Assembly: GCA_964016885.1 (NCBI GenBank)
Contig: OZ024741.1
Coordinates: 246,574,001-246,638,000, forward strand
Length of the DNA: 64,000 nucleotides
Origin: Eledone cirrhosa
Lineage: Eukaryota
Reading direction: 5' to 3'
The position numbers and the translations under genes were made by a program. Position 1 is the first letter of the stretch, and every line of letters starts with the position of its first letter. Shown here piece by piece: positions 53,001-64,000 of the stretch. The notes beneath the pieces were generated by a model. It did no database searches and was not told the origin of the DNA. It saw only the letters and a program-made list of their open reading frames with translations.

Positions 53001-56000
53001 CGCTGGAAATTATAGCCCCTTGGAGGGCTGGAAATCATCTTCCCTTGGACGGCTGGAAATTATCTCCCCTTGATTTTTTTTACAAATTATCTCCCCCTGA
53101 TTTTTTTTTACAAATTATCTCCCCCTGATTTTTTTTTACAACTTATCTGCGCCTGATTTTTTTAAAAAAATTATCTCCCCTTGGACGGCTGGAAATTATC
53201 TCCCCTTGGACGGCTGGAAATTATCTCTCCTTGGACGGCTAGAATTTACCTCTCCTTGGACGGCTGAAAATTATCTCCCCTTGGACGGCTGGAAATTATC
53301 TCCCCTTGATTTTTTTTACAAATTATCTCCCCCTGATTTTTTTTTACAAATTATCTCCCCCTGATTTTTTTTACAAATTATCTCCCCCTGATTTTTTTTT
53401 ACAAATTATCTCCCCCTGATTTTTTTTACAAATTATCTCCCCCTGATTTTTTTACAAATTATCTCCCCTTGGCTGGCTGGAAATTATCTCCCCTTGGAGG
53501 CTGGAACTTATCTCCCCTTGGACGGCTAGAAATTACCTCTCCTTGGACGGCTGAAAATTATCTCCCCTTGGACGGCTGGAAATTATCTCCCCTTGATTTT
53601 TTTACAAATTATCTCCCCCTGATTTTTTTTTACAAATTATCTCCCCCTGATTTTTTTTTACAAATTATCTACCCCTGATTTTTTTTTACAAATTATCTCC
53701 CCCTGATTTTTTTTTACAAATTATCTACCCCTGATTTTTTTTACAAATTATCTCCCCCCGATTTTTTTTAGAAATTATCTCCCCGATTTTTTTTTTTACA
53801 AATTATCTCCCCCTGATTTTTTTACAAATTATCTCCCCCTGATTTTTTTTACAAATTATCTCCGCCGGATTTTTTTAAATATTATCTTCCCTTGGCTGGC
53901 GGGAAATTATCTCCCCTTGGACGGCTGAAAATTATCTCCCCTTGGACGGCTGGAAATTATCTCCCCTTGATTTTTTTTACAAATTATCTCCCCCTGATTT
54001 TTTTTTACAAATTATCTCCCCCTGATTTTTTTACAAATTATCTCCCCTTGGCTGGCTGGAAATTACCTCCCCTTGTAGGCTGGAATTTATCTCCCCTTGG
54101 ACGGCTAGAAATTACCTCTCCTTGGACGGCTGGAAAATATGTCTCCTTGGACGGCTGGATATTATCTCCCCTTGGATGGCTGGAAATTATCTCCCCTTGG
54201 ACGGCTGGAAATTATCTCCCCTTGATTTTTTTTACAAATTATCTCCCCCTGATTTTTTTTACAAATCTCCCAATGATTTTTTAAAAAAAATTATCTCCCC
54301 TTCGCTGGCTGGAAATTATCTCCCCTTGGACGCTGGAAATTATAGCCCCTTGGAGGGCTGGAAATTATCTTCCCTTGGACGGCTGGAAATTATCTCCCCT
54401 TGATTTTTTTTACAAATTATCTCCCCCTGATTTTTTTTTACAAATTATCTCCCCCTGATTTTTTTTTACAAATTATCTCCCCCTGATTTTTTATTTACAA
54501 ATTATCTCCGCCTGATTTTTTTTTAAAAATTACCTCCCCTTGGACGGCTGGAAATTATCTCCCCTTGGACGGCTGGAAATTATCTCCCCTTGGACGGCTA
54601 GAAATTATCTCTCCTTGGACGGCTGAAAATTATCTCCCCTTGGACGGCTGCAAATTATCTCCCCTTGATTTTTTTTACAAATTATCTCCCCCTGATTTTT
54701 TTTACAAATTATCTCCCCCTGATTTTTTTTACAAATTATCTACCCCTGATTTTTTTTACAAATTATCTCCCCCTGATTTTTTTTTACAAATTATCTCCCC
54801 CTGATTTTTTTTTACAAATTATCTCCCCCTGATTTTTTTTTTACAAATTATCTCCCCCTGATTTTTTTACAAAGTATCTCCCTCTGATTTTTTTTACAAT
54901 CTCCGCCTGATTTTTTTTAAAATTATCTTCCCTTGGCTGGCGGGAAATTATCTCCACTTGGACGGCTGGAAATTATCTCCCCTTGGAAGGATGGAAATTA
55001 TCTCCCCTTGGACGGCTGGAAATTATCTCCCCTTGCACGGCTGGAAATTATCTCCCCTTGGACGGCTAGAAATTATCTCTCTTTGGACGGCTGGAAATTA
55101 TCTCCCTTTGATTTTTTTTACAAATTATCTCCCTCTGATTTTTTTTACAAATCTCCCCCTGATTTTTTTAAAAAAATTATCTCCCCTTCGCTGGCTGGAA
55201 ATTATCTCCCCTTGATTTTTTTTACAAATTATCTCCCCCTGATTTTTTTTTACAAATTATCTCCCCCTGATTTTTTTTACAAAGTATCTCCCTCTGATTT
55301 TTTTTACAATCTCCGCCTGATTTTTTTTAAAATTATCTTCCCTTGGCTGGCGGGAAATTATCTCCACTTGGACGGCTGGAAATTATCTCCCCTTGGAAGG
55401 ATGGAAATTATCTCCCCTTGGACGGCTGGAAATTATCTCCCCTTGCACGGCTGGAAATTATCTCCCCTTGGACGGCTAGAAATTATCTCTCTTTGGACGG
55501 CTGGAAATTATCACCCCTTGAGTTTTTTACAAATTATCTCCCCCTGATTTTTTTTACAAATCTCCCAGTGATTTTTAAAAAAAAATTATCTTCCCTTCGC
55601 TGGCTGGAAATTATCTCCCCTTGGACGCTGGAAATTATAGCCCCTTGGAGGGCTGGAAATTATCTTCCCTTGGACGGCTGGAAATTATCTCCCCTTGATT
55701 TTTTTTACAAATTATCTCCCCCTGATTTTTTTTTACAAATTATCTCCCCCTGATTTTTTTTTACAACTTATCTGCGCCTGATTTTTTTAAAAAAATTATC
55801 TCCCCTTGGACGGCTGGAAATTATCTCCCCTTGGACGGCTGGAAATTATCTCTCCTTGGACGGCTAGAATTTACCTCTCCTTGGACGGCTGAAAATTATC
55901 TCCCCTTGGACGGCTGGAAATTATCTCCCCTTGATTTTTTTTACAAATTATCTCCCCCTGATTTTTTTTTACAAATTATCTCCCCCTGATTTTTTTTTAC

Positions 56001-59000
56001 AAATTATCTCCCCCTGATTTTTTTTACAAATTATCTCCCCCTGATTTTTTTTACAAATTATCTCCCCCTGATTTTTTTTACAAATTATCTCCCCTTGGCT
56101 GGCTGGAAATTATCTCCCCTTGGAGGCTGGAACTTATCTCCCCTTGGACGGCTAGAAATTACCTCTCCTTGGACGGCTGGAAAATATGTCTCCTTGGACG
56201 GCTGGATATTATCTCACCTTGGACGGCTAGAAATTATCTCCCCTTGGACGGCAGGAAATTATCTCCCCTTGGATGGCTAGATATTACCTCCCCTTGGACG
56301 GCTGGAAATTATCTCCCCTTGATTTTTTTTACAAATTATCTGCCCCTGATTTTTTTTTACAAATTATCTCCCCCTGATTTTTTTTTACAAATTATCTCCC
56401 CCTGACTTTTGTTTACAAATTATCTCCGCCTGATTTTTTTTAAAAATTATCTCCCCTTGGACGGCTGGAAATTATCTCCCCTTGGACGGCTAGAAATTAC
56501 CTCTCCTTGGACGGCTGAAAATTATCTCCCCTTGGACGGCTGGAAATTATCTCCCCTTCATTTTTTTACAAATTATCTCCCCCTGATTTTTTTTTACAAA
56601 TTATCTCCCCCTGATCTTTTTTACAAATTATCTCCGCCTGATTTTTTTAAATATTATCTTCCCTTGGCTGGCGGGAAATTATCTCCCCTTGGACGGCTGG
56701 AAATTATCTGCCCTTGATTTTCTTTTTACAAATTATCTTCCACTGATTTTTTTTACAAATTATCTCCACCTGATTTTTTAAAAAATTATCTCCCCTTGGA
56801 AGGCTGGAAATTATCTCCCCTTGGACGGCTGGAAATTATCTCCCCTTGGACGGCTAGAAATTATCTCTCCTTGGACGGCTGAAAATTATCTCCCCTTGGA
56901 CGGCTGCAAATTATCTCCCCTTGATTTTTTTTACAAATTATCTCCCCCTGATTTTTTTTACAAATTATCTCCCCCTGATTTTTTTTACAAATTATCTCCG
57001 CCGGATTTTTTTAAATATTATCTTCCCTTGGCTGGCGGGAAATTACCTCCCCTTGTAGGCTGGAATTTATCTCCCCTTGGACGGCTAGAAATTACCTCTC
57101 CTTGGACGGCTGGAAAATATGTCTCCTTGGACGGCTGGATATTATCTCCCCTTGGATGGCTGGAAATTATCTCCCCTTGGACGGCTGGAAATTATCTCCC
57201 CTTGATTTTTTTTACAAATTATCTCCCCCTGATTTTTTTTACAAATCTCCCAATGATTTTTAAAAAAAAATTATCTGCCCTTCGCTGGCTGGAAATTATC
57301 TCCCCTTGGACGCTGGAAATTATAGCCCCTTGGAGGGCTGGAAATTATCTTCCCTTGGACGGCTGGAAATTATCTCCCCTTGATTTTTTTTACAAATTAT
57401 CTCCCCCTGATTTTTTTTTACAAATTATCTCCCCCTGATTTTTTTTTACAAATTATCTCCCCCTGATTTTTTATTTACAAATTATCTCCAACTGATTTTT
57501 TTTTAAAAATTACCTCCCCTTGGACGGCTGGAAATTATCTCCCCTTGGACGGCTGGAAATTATCTCCCCTTGGACGGCTAGAAATTATCTCTCCTTGGAC
57601 GGCTGAAAATTATCTCCCCTTGGACGGCTGCAAATTATCTCCCCTTGATTTTTTTTACAAATTATCTCCCCCTGATTTTTTTTACAAATTATCTCCCCCT
57701 GATTTTTTTTACAAATTATCTACCCCTGATTTTTTTTACAAATTATCTCCCCCTGATTTTTTTTTACAAATTATCTCCCCCTGATTTTTTTTTTACAAAT
57801 TATCTCCCCCTGATTTTTTTACAAAGTATCTCCCTCTGATTTTTTTTACAATCTCCGCCTGATTTTTTTTAAAATTATCTTCCCTTGGCTGGCGGGAAAT
57901 TATCTCCACTTGGACGGCTGGAAATTATCTCCCCTTGGAAGGATGGAAATTATCTCCCCTTGGACGGCTGGAAATTATCTCCCCTTGCACGGCTGGAAAT
58001 TATCTCCCCTTGGACGGCTAGAAATTATCTCTCTTTGGACGGCTGGAAATTATCTCCCTTTGATTTTTTTTACAAATTATCTCCCTCTGATTTTTTTTAC
58101 AAATCTCCCCCTGATTTTTTTAAAAAAATTATCTCCCCTTCGCTGGCTGGAAATTATCTCCCCTTGATTTTTTTTACAAATTATCTCCCCCTGATTTTTT
58201 TTTACAAATTATCTCCCCCTGATTTTTTTTACAAATTATCTCCCCCTGATTTTTTTTTACAAATTATCTCCCCCTGATTTTTTTTACAAATTATCTCCGC
58301 CTGATTTTTTAAAATATTATCTTCCCTTGGCTGGCGGGAAATTATCTCCCCTTGGACGGCTGGAAATTATCTGCCCTTGATTTTCTTTTTACAAATTAAC
58401 TTCCACTGATTTTTTTTACAAATTATCTCCACCTGATTTTTTTAAAAATTATCTCCCCTTGGAAGGCTGGAAATTATCTCCCCTTGGCTGGAAATTATCT
58501 CCCCTTGGACGGCTAGAAATTATCTCTCTTTGGACGGCTGGAAATTATCACCCCTTGAGTTTTTTACAAATTATCTCCCCCTGATTTTTTTTACAAATCT
58601 CCCAGTGATTTTTAAAAAAAAATTATCTTCCCTTCGCTGGCTGGAAATTATCTCCCCTTGGACGCTGGAAATTATAGCCCCTTGGAGGGCTGGAAATTAT
58701 CTTCCCTTGGACGGCTGGAAATTATCTCCCCTTGATTTTTTTTACAAATTATCTCCCCCTGATTTTTTTTTACAAATTATCTCCCCCTGATTTTTTTTTA
58801 CAACTTATCTGCGCCTGATTTTTTTAAAAAAATTATCTCCCGTTGGACGGCTGGAAATTATCTCCCCTTGGACGGCTGGAAATTATCTCTCCTTGGACGG
58901 CTAGAATTTACCTCTCCTTGGACGGCTGAAAATTATCTCCCCTTGGACGGCTGGAAATTATCTCCCCTTGATTTTTTTTTACAAATTATCTCCCCCTGAT

Positions 59001-62000
59001 TTTTTTTTACAAATTATCTCCCCCTGATTTTTTTTTACAAATTATCTCCCCCTGATTTTTTTTACAAATTATCTCCCCCTGATTTTTTTTACAAATTATC
59101 TCCCCCTGATTTTTTTTACAAATTATCTCCCCTTGGCTGGCTGGAAATTATCTCCCCTTGGAGGCTGGAACTTATCTCCCCTTGGACGGCTAGAAATTAC
59201 CTCTCCTTGGACGGCTGGAAAATATGTCTCCTTGGACGGCTGGATATTATCTCACCTTGGACGGCTAGAAATTATCTCCCCTTGGACGGCAGGAAATTAT
59301 CTCCCCTTGGATGGCTAGATATTACCTCCCCTTGGACGGCTGGAAATTATCTCCCCTTGATTTTTTTTACAAATTATCTGCCCCTGATTTTTTTTTACAA
59401 ATTATCTCCCCCTGATTTTTTTTTACAAATTATCTCCCCCTGACTTTTGTTTACAAATTATCTCCGCCTGATTTTTTTTAAAAATTATCTCCCCTTGGAC
59501 GGCTGGAAATTATCTCCCCTTGGACGGCTAGAAATTACCTCTCCTTGGACGGCTGAAAATTATCTCCCCTTGGACGGCTGGAAATTATCTCCCCTTCATT
59601 TTTTTACAAATTATCTCCCCCTGATTTTTTTTTACAAATTATCTCCCCCTGATCTTTTTTACAAATTATCTCCGCCTGATTTTTTTAAATATTATCTTCC
59701 CTTGGCTGGCGGGAAATTATCTCCCCTTGGACGGCTGGAAATTATCTGCCCTTGATTTTCTTTTTACAAATTATCTTCCACTGATTTTTTTTACAAATTA
59801 TCTCCACCTGATTTTTTAAAAAATTATCTCCCCTTGGAAGGCTGGAAATTATCTCCCCTTGGACGGCTGGAAATTATCTCCCCTTGGACGGCTAGAAATT
59901 ATCTCTCCTTGGACGGCTGAAAATTATCTCCCCTTGGACGGCTGCAAATTATCTCCCCTTGATTTTTTTTACAAATTATCTCCCCCTGATTTTTTTTACA
60001 AATTATCTCCCCCTGATTTTTTTTACAAATTATCTCCGCCGGATTTTTTTAAATATTATCTTCCCTTGGCTGGCGGGAAATTACCTCCCCTTGTAGGCTG
60101 GAATTTATCTCCCCTTGGACGGCTAGAAATTACCTCTCCTTGGACGGCTGGAAAATATGTCTCCTTGGACGGCTGGATATTATCTCCCCTTGGATGGCTG
60201 GAAATTATCTCCCCTTGGACGGCTGGAAATTATCTCCCCTTGATTTTTTTTACAAATTATCTCCCCCTGATTTTTTTTACAAATCTCCCAATGATTTTTA
60301 AAAAAAAATTATCTGCCCTTCGCTGGCTGGAAATTATCTCCCCTTGGACGCTGTAAATTATAGCCCCTTGGAGGGCTGGAAATTATCTTCCCTTGGACGG
60401 CTGGAAATTATCTCCCCTTGATTTTTTTTACAAATTATCTCCCCCTGATTTTTTTTTACAAATTATCTCCCCCTGATTTTTTATTTACAAATTATCTCCA
60501 ACTGATTTTTTTTTTAAAATTACCTCCCCTTGGACGGCTGGAAATTATCTCCCCTTGGACGGCTGGAAATTATCTCCCCTTGGACGGCTAGAAATTATCT
60601 CTCCTTGGACGGCTGAAAATTATCTCCCCTTGGACGGCTGCAAATTATCTCCCCTTGATTTTTTTTACAAATTATCTCCCCCTGATTTTTTTTACAAATT
60701 ATCTCCCCCTGATTTTTTTTACAAATTATCTACCCCTGATTTTTTTTACAAATTATCTCCCCCTGATTTTTTTTTACAAATTATCTCCCCCTGATTTTTT
60801 TTTTACAAATTATCTCCCCCTGATTTTTTTACAAAGTATCTCCCTCTGATTTTTTTTACAATCTCCGCCTGATTTTTTTTAAAATTATCTTCCCTTGGCT
60901 GGCGGGAAATTATCTCCACTTGGACGGCTGGAAATTATCTCCCCTTGGAAGGATGGAAATTATCTCCCCTTGGACGGCTGGAAATTATCTCCCCTTGCAC
61001 GGCTGGAAATTATCTCCCCTTGGACGGCTAGAAATTATCTCTCTTTGGACGGCTGGAAATTATCTCCCTTTGATTTTTTTTACAAATTATCTCCCTCTGA
61101 TTTTTTTTACAAATCTCCCCCTGATTTTTTTAAAAAAATTATCTCCCCTTCGCTGGCTGGAAATTATCTCCCCTTGATTTTTTTTACAAATTATCTCCCC
61201 CTGATTTTTTTTTACAAATTATCTCCCCCTGATTTTTTTTACAAATTATCTCCCCCTGATTTTTTTTTACAAATTATCTCCCCCTGATTTTTTTTACAAA
61301 TTATCTCCGCCTGATTTTTTAAAATATTATCTTCCCTTGGCTGGCGGGAAATTATCTCCCCTTGGACGGCTGGAAATTATCTGCCCTTGATTTTCTTTTT
61401 ACAAATTAACTTCCACTGATTTTTTTTACAAATTATCTCCACCTGATTTTTTTAAAAATTATCTCCCCTTGGAAGGCTGGAAATTATCTCCCCTTGGCTG
61501 GAAATTATCTCCCCTTGGACGGCTAGAAATTATCTCTCTTTGGACGGCTGGAAATTATCACCCCTTGAGTTTTTTACAAATTATCTCCCCCTGATTTTTT
61601 TTACAAATCTCCCAGTGATTTTTTAAAAAAAATTATCTTCCCTTCGCTGGCTGGAAATTATCTCCCCTTGGACGCTGGAAATTATAGCCCCTTGGAGGGC
61701 TGGAAATTATCTTCCCTTGGACGGCTGGAAATTATCTCCCCTTGATTTTTTTTACAAATTATCTCCCCCTGATTTTTTTTTACAAATTATCTCCCCCTGA
61801 TTTTTTTTTACAACTTATCTGCGCCTGATTTTTTTAAAAAAATTATCTCCCCTTGGACGGCTGGAAATTATCTCCCCTTGGACGGCTGGAAATTATCTCT
61901 CCTTGGACGGCTAGAATTTACCTCTCCTTGGACGGCTGAAAATTATCTCCCCTTGGACGGCTGGAAATTATCTCCCCTTGATTTTTTTTTACAAATTATC

Positions 62001-62946
62001 TCCCCCTGATTTTTTTTTACAAATTATCTCCCCCTGATTTTTTTTTACAAATTATCTCCCCCTGATTTTTTTTTACAAATTATCTCCCCCTGATTTTTTT
62101 TACAAATTATCTCCCCCTGATTTTTTTACAAATTATCTCCCCTTGGCTGGCTGGAAATTATCTCCCCTTGGAGGCTGGAACTTATCTCCCCTTGGACGGC
62201 TAGAAATTACCTCTCCTTGGACGGCTGGAAATATGTCTCCTTGGACGGCTGGATATTATCTCACCTTGGACGGCTAGAAATTATCTCCCCTTGGACGGCA
62301 GGAAATTATCTCCCCTTGGATGGCTAGATATTACCTCCCCTTGGACGGCTGGAAATTATCTCCCCGTGATTTTTTTTACAAATTATCTGCCCCTGATTTT
62401 TTTTTACAAATTATCTCCCCCTGATTTTTTTTTACAAATTATCTCCCCCTGATTTTTGTTTACAAATTATCTCCGCCTGATTTTTTTTTAAAAATTATCT
62501 CCCCTTGGACGGCTGGAAATTATCTCCCCTTGGACGGCTAGAAATTACCTCTCCTTGGACGGCTGAAAATTATCTCCCCTTGGACGGCTGGAAATTATCT
62601 CCCCTTCATTTTTTTACAAATTATCTCCCCCTGATTTTTTTTTACAAATTATCTCCCCCTGATCTTTTTTACAAATTATCTCCGCCTGATTTTTTTAAAT
62701 ATTATCTTCCCTTGGCTGGCGGGAAATTATCTCCCCTTGGACGGCTGGAAATTATCTGCCCTTGATTTTCTTTTTACAAATTATCTTCCACTGATTTTTT
62801 TTACAAATTATCTCCACCTGATTTTTTAAAAAATTATCTCCCCTTGGAAGGCTGGAAATTATCTCCCCTTGGACGGCTGGAAATTATCTCCCCTTGGACG
62901 GCTAGAAATTATCTCTCCTTGGACGGCTGAAAATTATCTCCCCTTG
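35008..62946. repeat. Copy 2 of the large tandem duplication (~27.9 kb)
   Basis: Collinear with 4165-34925. The offset steps 30843, 30607, 27737, 27915, 28123, 28048, 28020 at discrete indels. Confidence 0.95.
44620..47939. repeat. ~1.68-kb tandem duplication inherited in copy 2
   Basis: Pseudo-ORFs at 45196/46880 and 45598/47281. Equivalent to 16705-20024 plus 27915. Confidence 0.88.
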
Positions 62947-63000
62947 GACGGCTGCAAATTATCTCCCCTTGATTTTTTTTACAAATTATCTCCCCCTGAT
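55449..63000. repeat. 3,038-bp higher-order repeat inherited in copy 2
   Basis: Pseudo-ORFs 56095/59133, 56409/59447 and 56821/59859 differ by 3038. The offset falls to 3010 after loss of one B monomer near 60450. Confidence 0.93.
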
Positions 63001-64000
63001 TTTTTTTTACAAATTATCTCCCCCTGATTTTTTTTACAAATTATCTACCCCTGATTTTTTTTACAAATTATCTCCCCCTGATTTTTTTTTACAAATTATC
63101 TCCCCCTGATTTTTTTTTACAAATTATCTCCCCCTGATTTTTTTTTTACAAATTATCTCCCCCTGATTTTTTTACAAATTATCTCCCCCTGATTTTTTTT
63201 ACAATCTCCGCCTGATTTTTTTAAAAATTATCTTCCCTTGGCTGGCGGGAAATTATCTCCCCTTGGACGGCTGGAAATTATCTCCCCTTGCACGGCTGGA
63301 AATTATCTCCCCTTGGCTGGAAATTATCTCCCCTTGGACGGCTAGAAATTATCTCTCTTTGGACGGCTGGAAATTATCTCCCTTTGATTTTTTTTACAAA
63401 TTATCTCCCTCTGATTTTTTTTACAAATCTCCCCCTGATTTTTTTAAAAAAATTATCTCCCCTTCGCTGGCTGGAAATTATCTTCCTTGGACGGCTGGAA
63501 ATTATCTCCCCTTGATTTTTTTTACAAATTATCTCCGCCTGATTTTTTTTAAAAATTATCTCTCCTTGGACGGCTGGAAATTATCTCCCCTTGATTTTTT
63601 TTTCAAATAATCTCCCCCTGATTTTTTTTTACAAATTATCTCCCCCTGATTTTTTTTTACAAATTATCTACCCCTGATTTTTTTTTACAAATTATCTCCC
63701 CCTGATTTTTTTTACAAATTATCTCCCCCTGATTTTTCTTTTACAAATTATCTCCCCCTGATTTTTTTACAAATTATCTCCCCCTGATTTTTTTTACAAA
63801 TTGTCTCTGCCTGATTTTTTTAAATATTATCTTCCCTTGGCTGGCGGGAAATTACCTCCCCTTGGACGGCTGGAAATTATCTGTCCTTGATTTTCTTTTT
63901 ACAAATTATCTTCCACTGATTTTTTTTACAAATTATCTCCACCTGATTTTTTAAAAAATTATCTCCCCTTGGAAGGCTGGAAATTATCTCCCCTTGGCTG

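Larger units (their letters stand above)
1..64000. repeat. Composite two-monomer tandem satellite array (25-bp type A plus 26-30-bp type B, shared 16-bp core); extends past both window edges
   Basis: AAATTATCTCCCC or a close variant recurs every ~21-30 bp from start to end. It is followed by either TTGGACGGCTGG (A) or (C/T)TGA-Tn-AC (B). No unique sequence or inverted block was seen. Confidence 0.99.

Noticed and set aside
680-63610. All plus-strand ORFs in the track (61-205 aa; DGWKLSPLGRLEIISPWTAGNYLPL and FFYKLSPPD repeats)
   Set aside because: They are translations of the repeat. Consensus A has no plus-strand stop in any frame and its 25-nt length cycles through frames, while B has a TGA in only one frame. 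The ORFs overlap in several frames, mostly start at TTG, and open or close with T-tract length. The minus strand has TAA in nearly every monomer, which explains why it has no ORFs.
1-64000. CRISPR array (constant core plus variable segment)
   Set aside because: The variable parts are 9-14 bp and of only two recurring types, not unique 25-45 bp spacers. The core is not palindromic and there is no leader or cas gene.
1-64000. Telomerase-synthesised long telomeric repeat (as in the 23-25 bp repeats of some yeasts)
   Set aside because: Two tail types, and point variants inherited in kb-scale blocks, indicate DNA-level duplication rather than repeated copying of one RNA template.
1-64000. Pure sequencing artefact or synthetic concatemer
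   Set aside because: Nested duplications with shared and copy-private variants and reproducible homopolymer lengths are not expected from noise. Only the copy number of the largest duplication remains open to assembly error.
1-64000. Plasmid or phage iterons, or Borg-type tandem repeats
   Set aside because: Those are short arrays embedded in gene-dense DNA, whereas this window has 64 kb with no gene or unique sequence.

Overview
The whole 64-kb window is one uninterrupted, single-orientation satellite-type tandem array. I see no credible gene, RNA gene, transposon ORF or CRISPR, and every ORF in the track is a by-product of the repeat. The array has roughly 2,400 monomers (64,000 / ~26 bp) of two kinds that share a 16-bp core, AAATTATCTCCCC(C/T)TG. 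Type A is 25 bp (AAATTATCTCCCCTTGGACGGCTGG, 52% GC). Type B is 26-30 bp (AAATTATCTCCCCCTGA-T7-11-AC, about 30% GC). A and B occur in alternating runs with junction-specific variants. Rare variants show nested higher-order periods of about 0.63, 1.68, 3.04, 3.8 and 11.5 kb, plus a near-identical 28-31 kb tandem duplication (~4165-34925 and ~35008-62946) covering most of the window. It looks like eukaryotic heterochromatic satellite or complex minisatellite DNA, but host and function cannot be determined from the sequence. Breakpoints were located by eye and are accurate to about one monomer.
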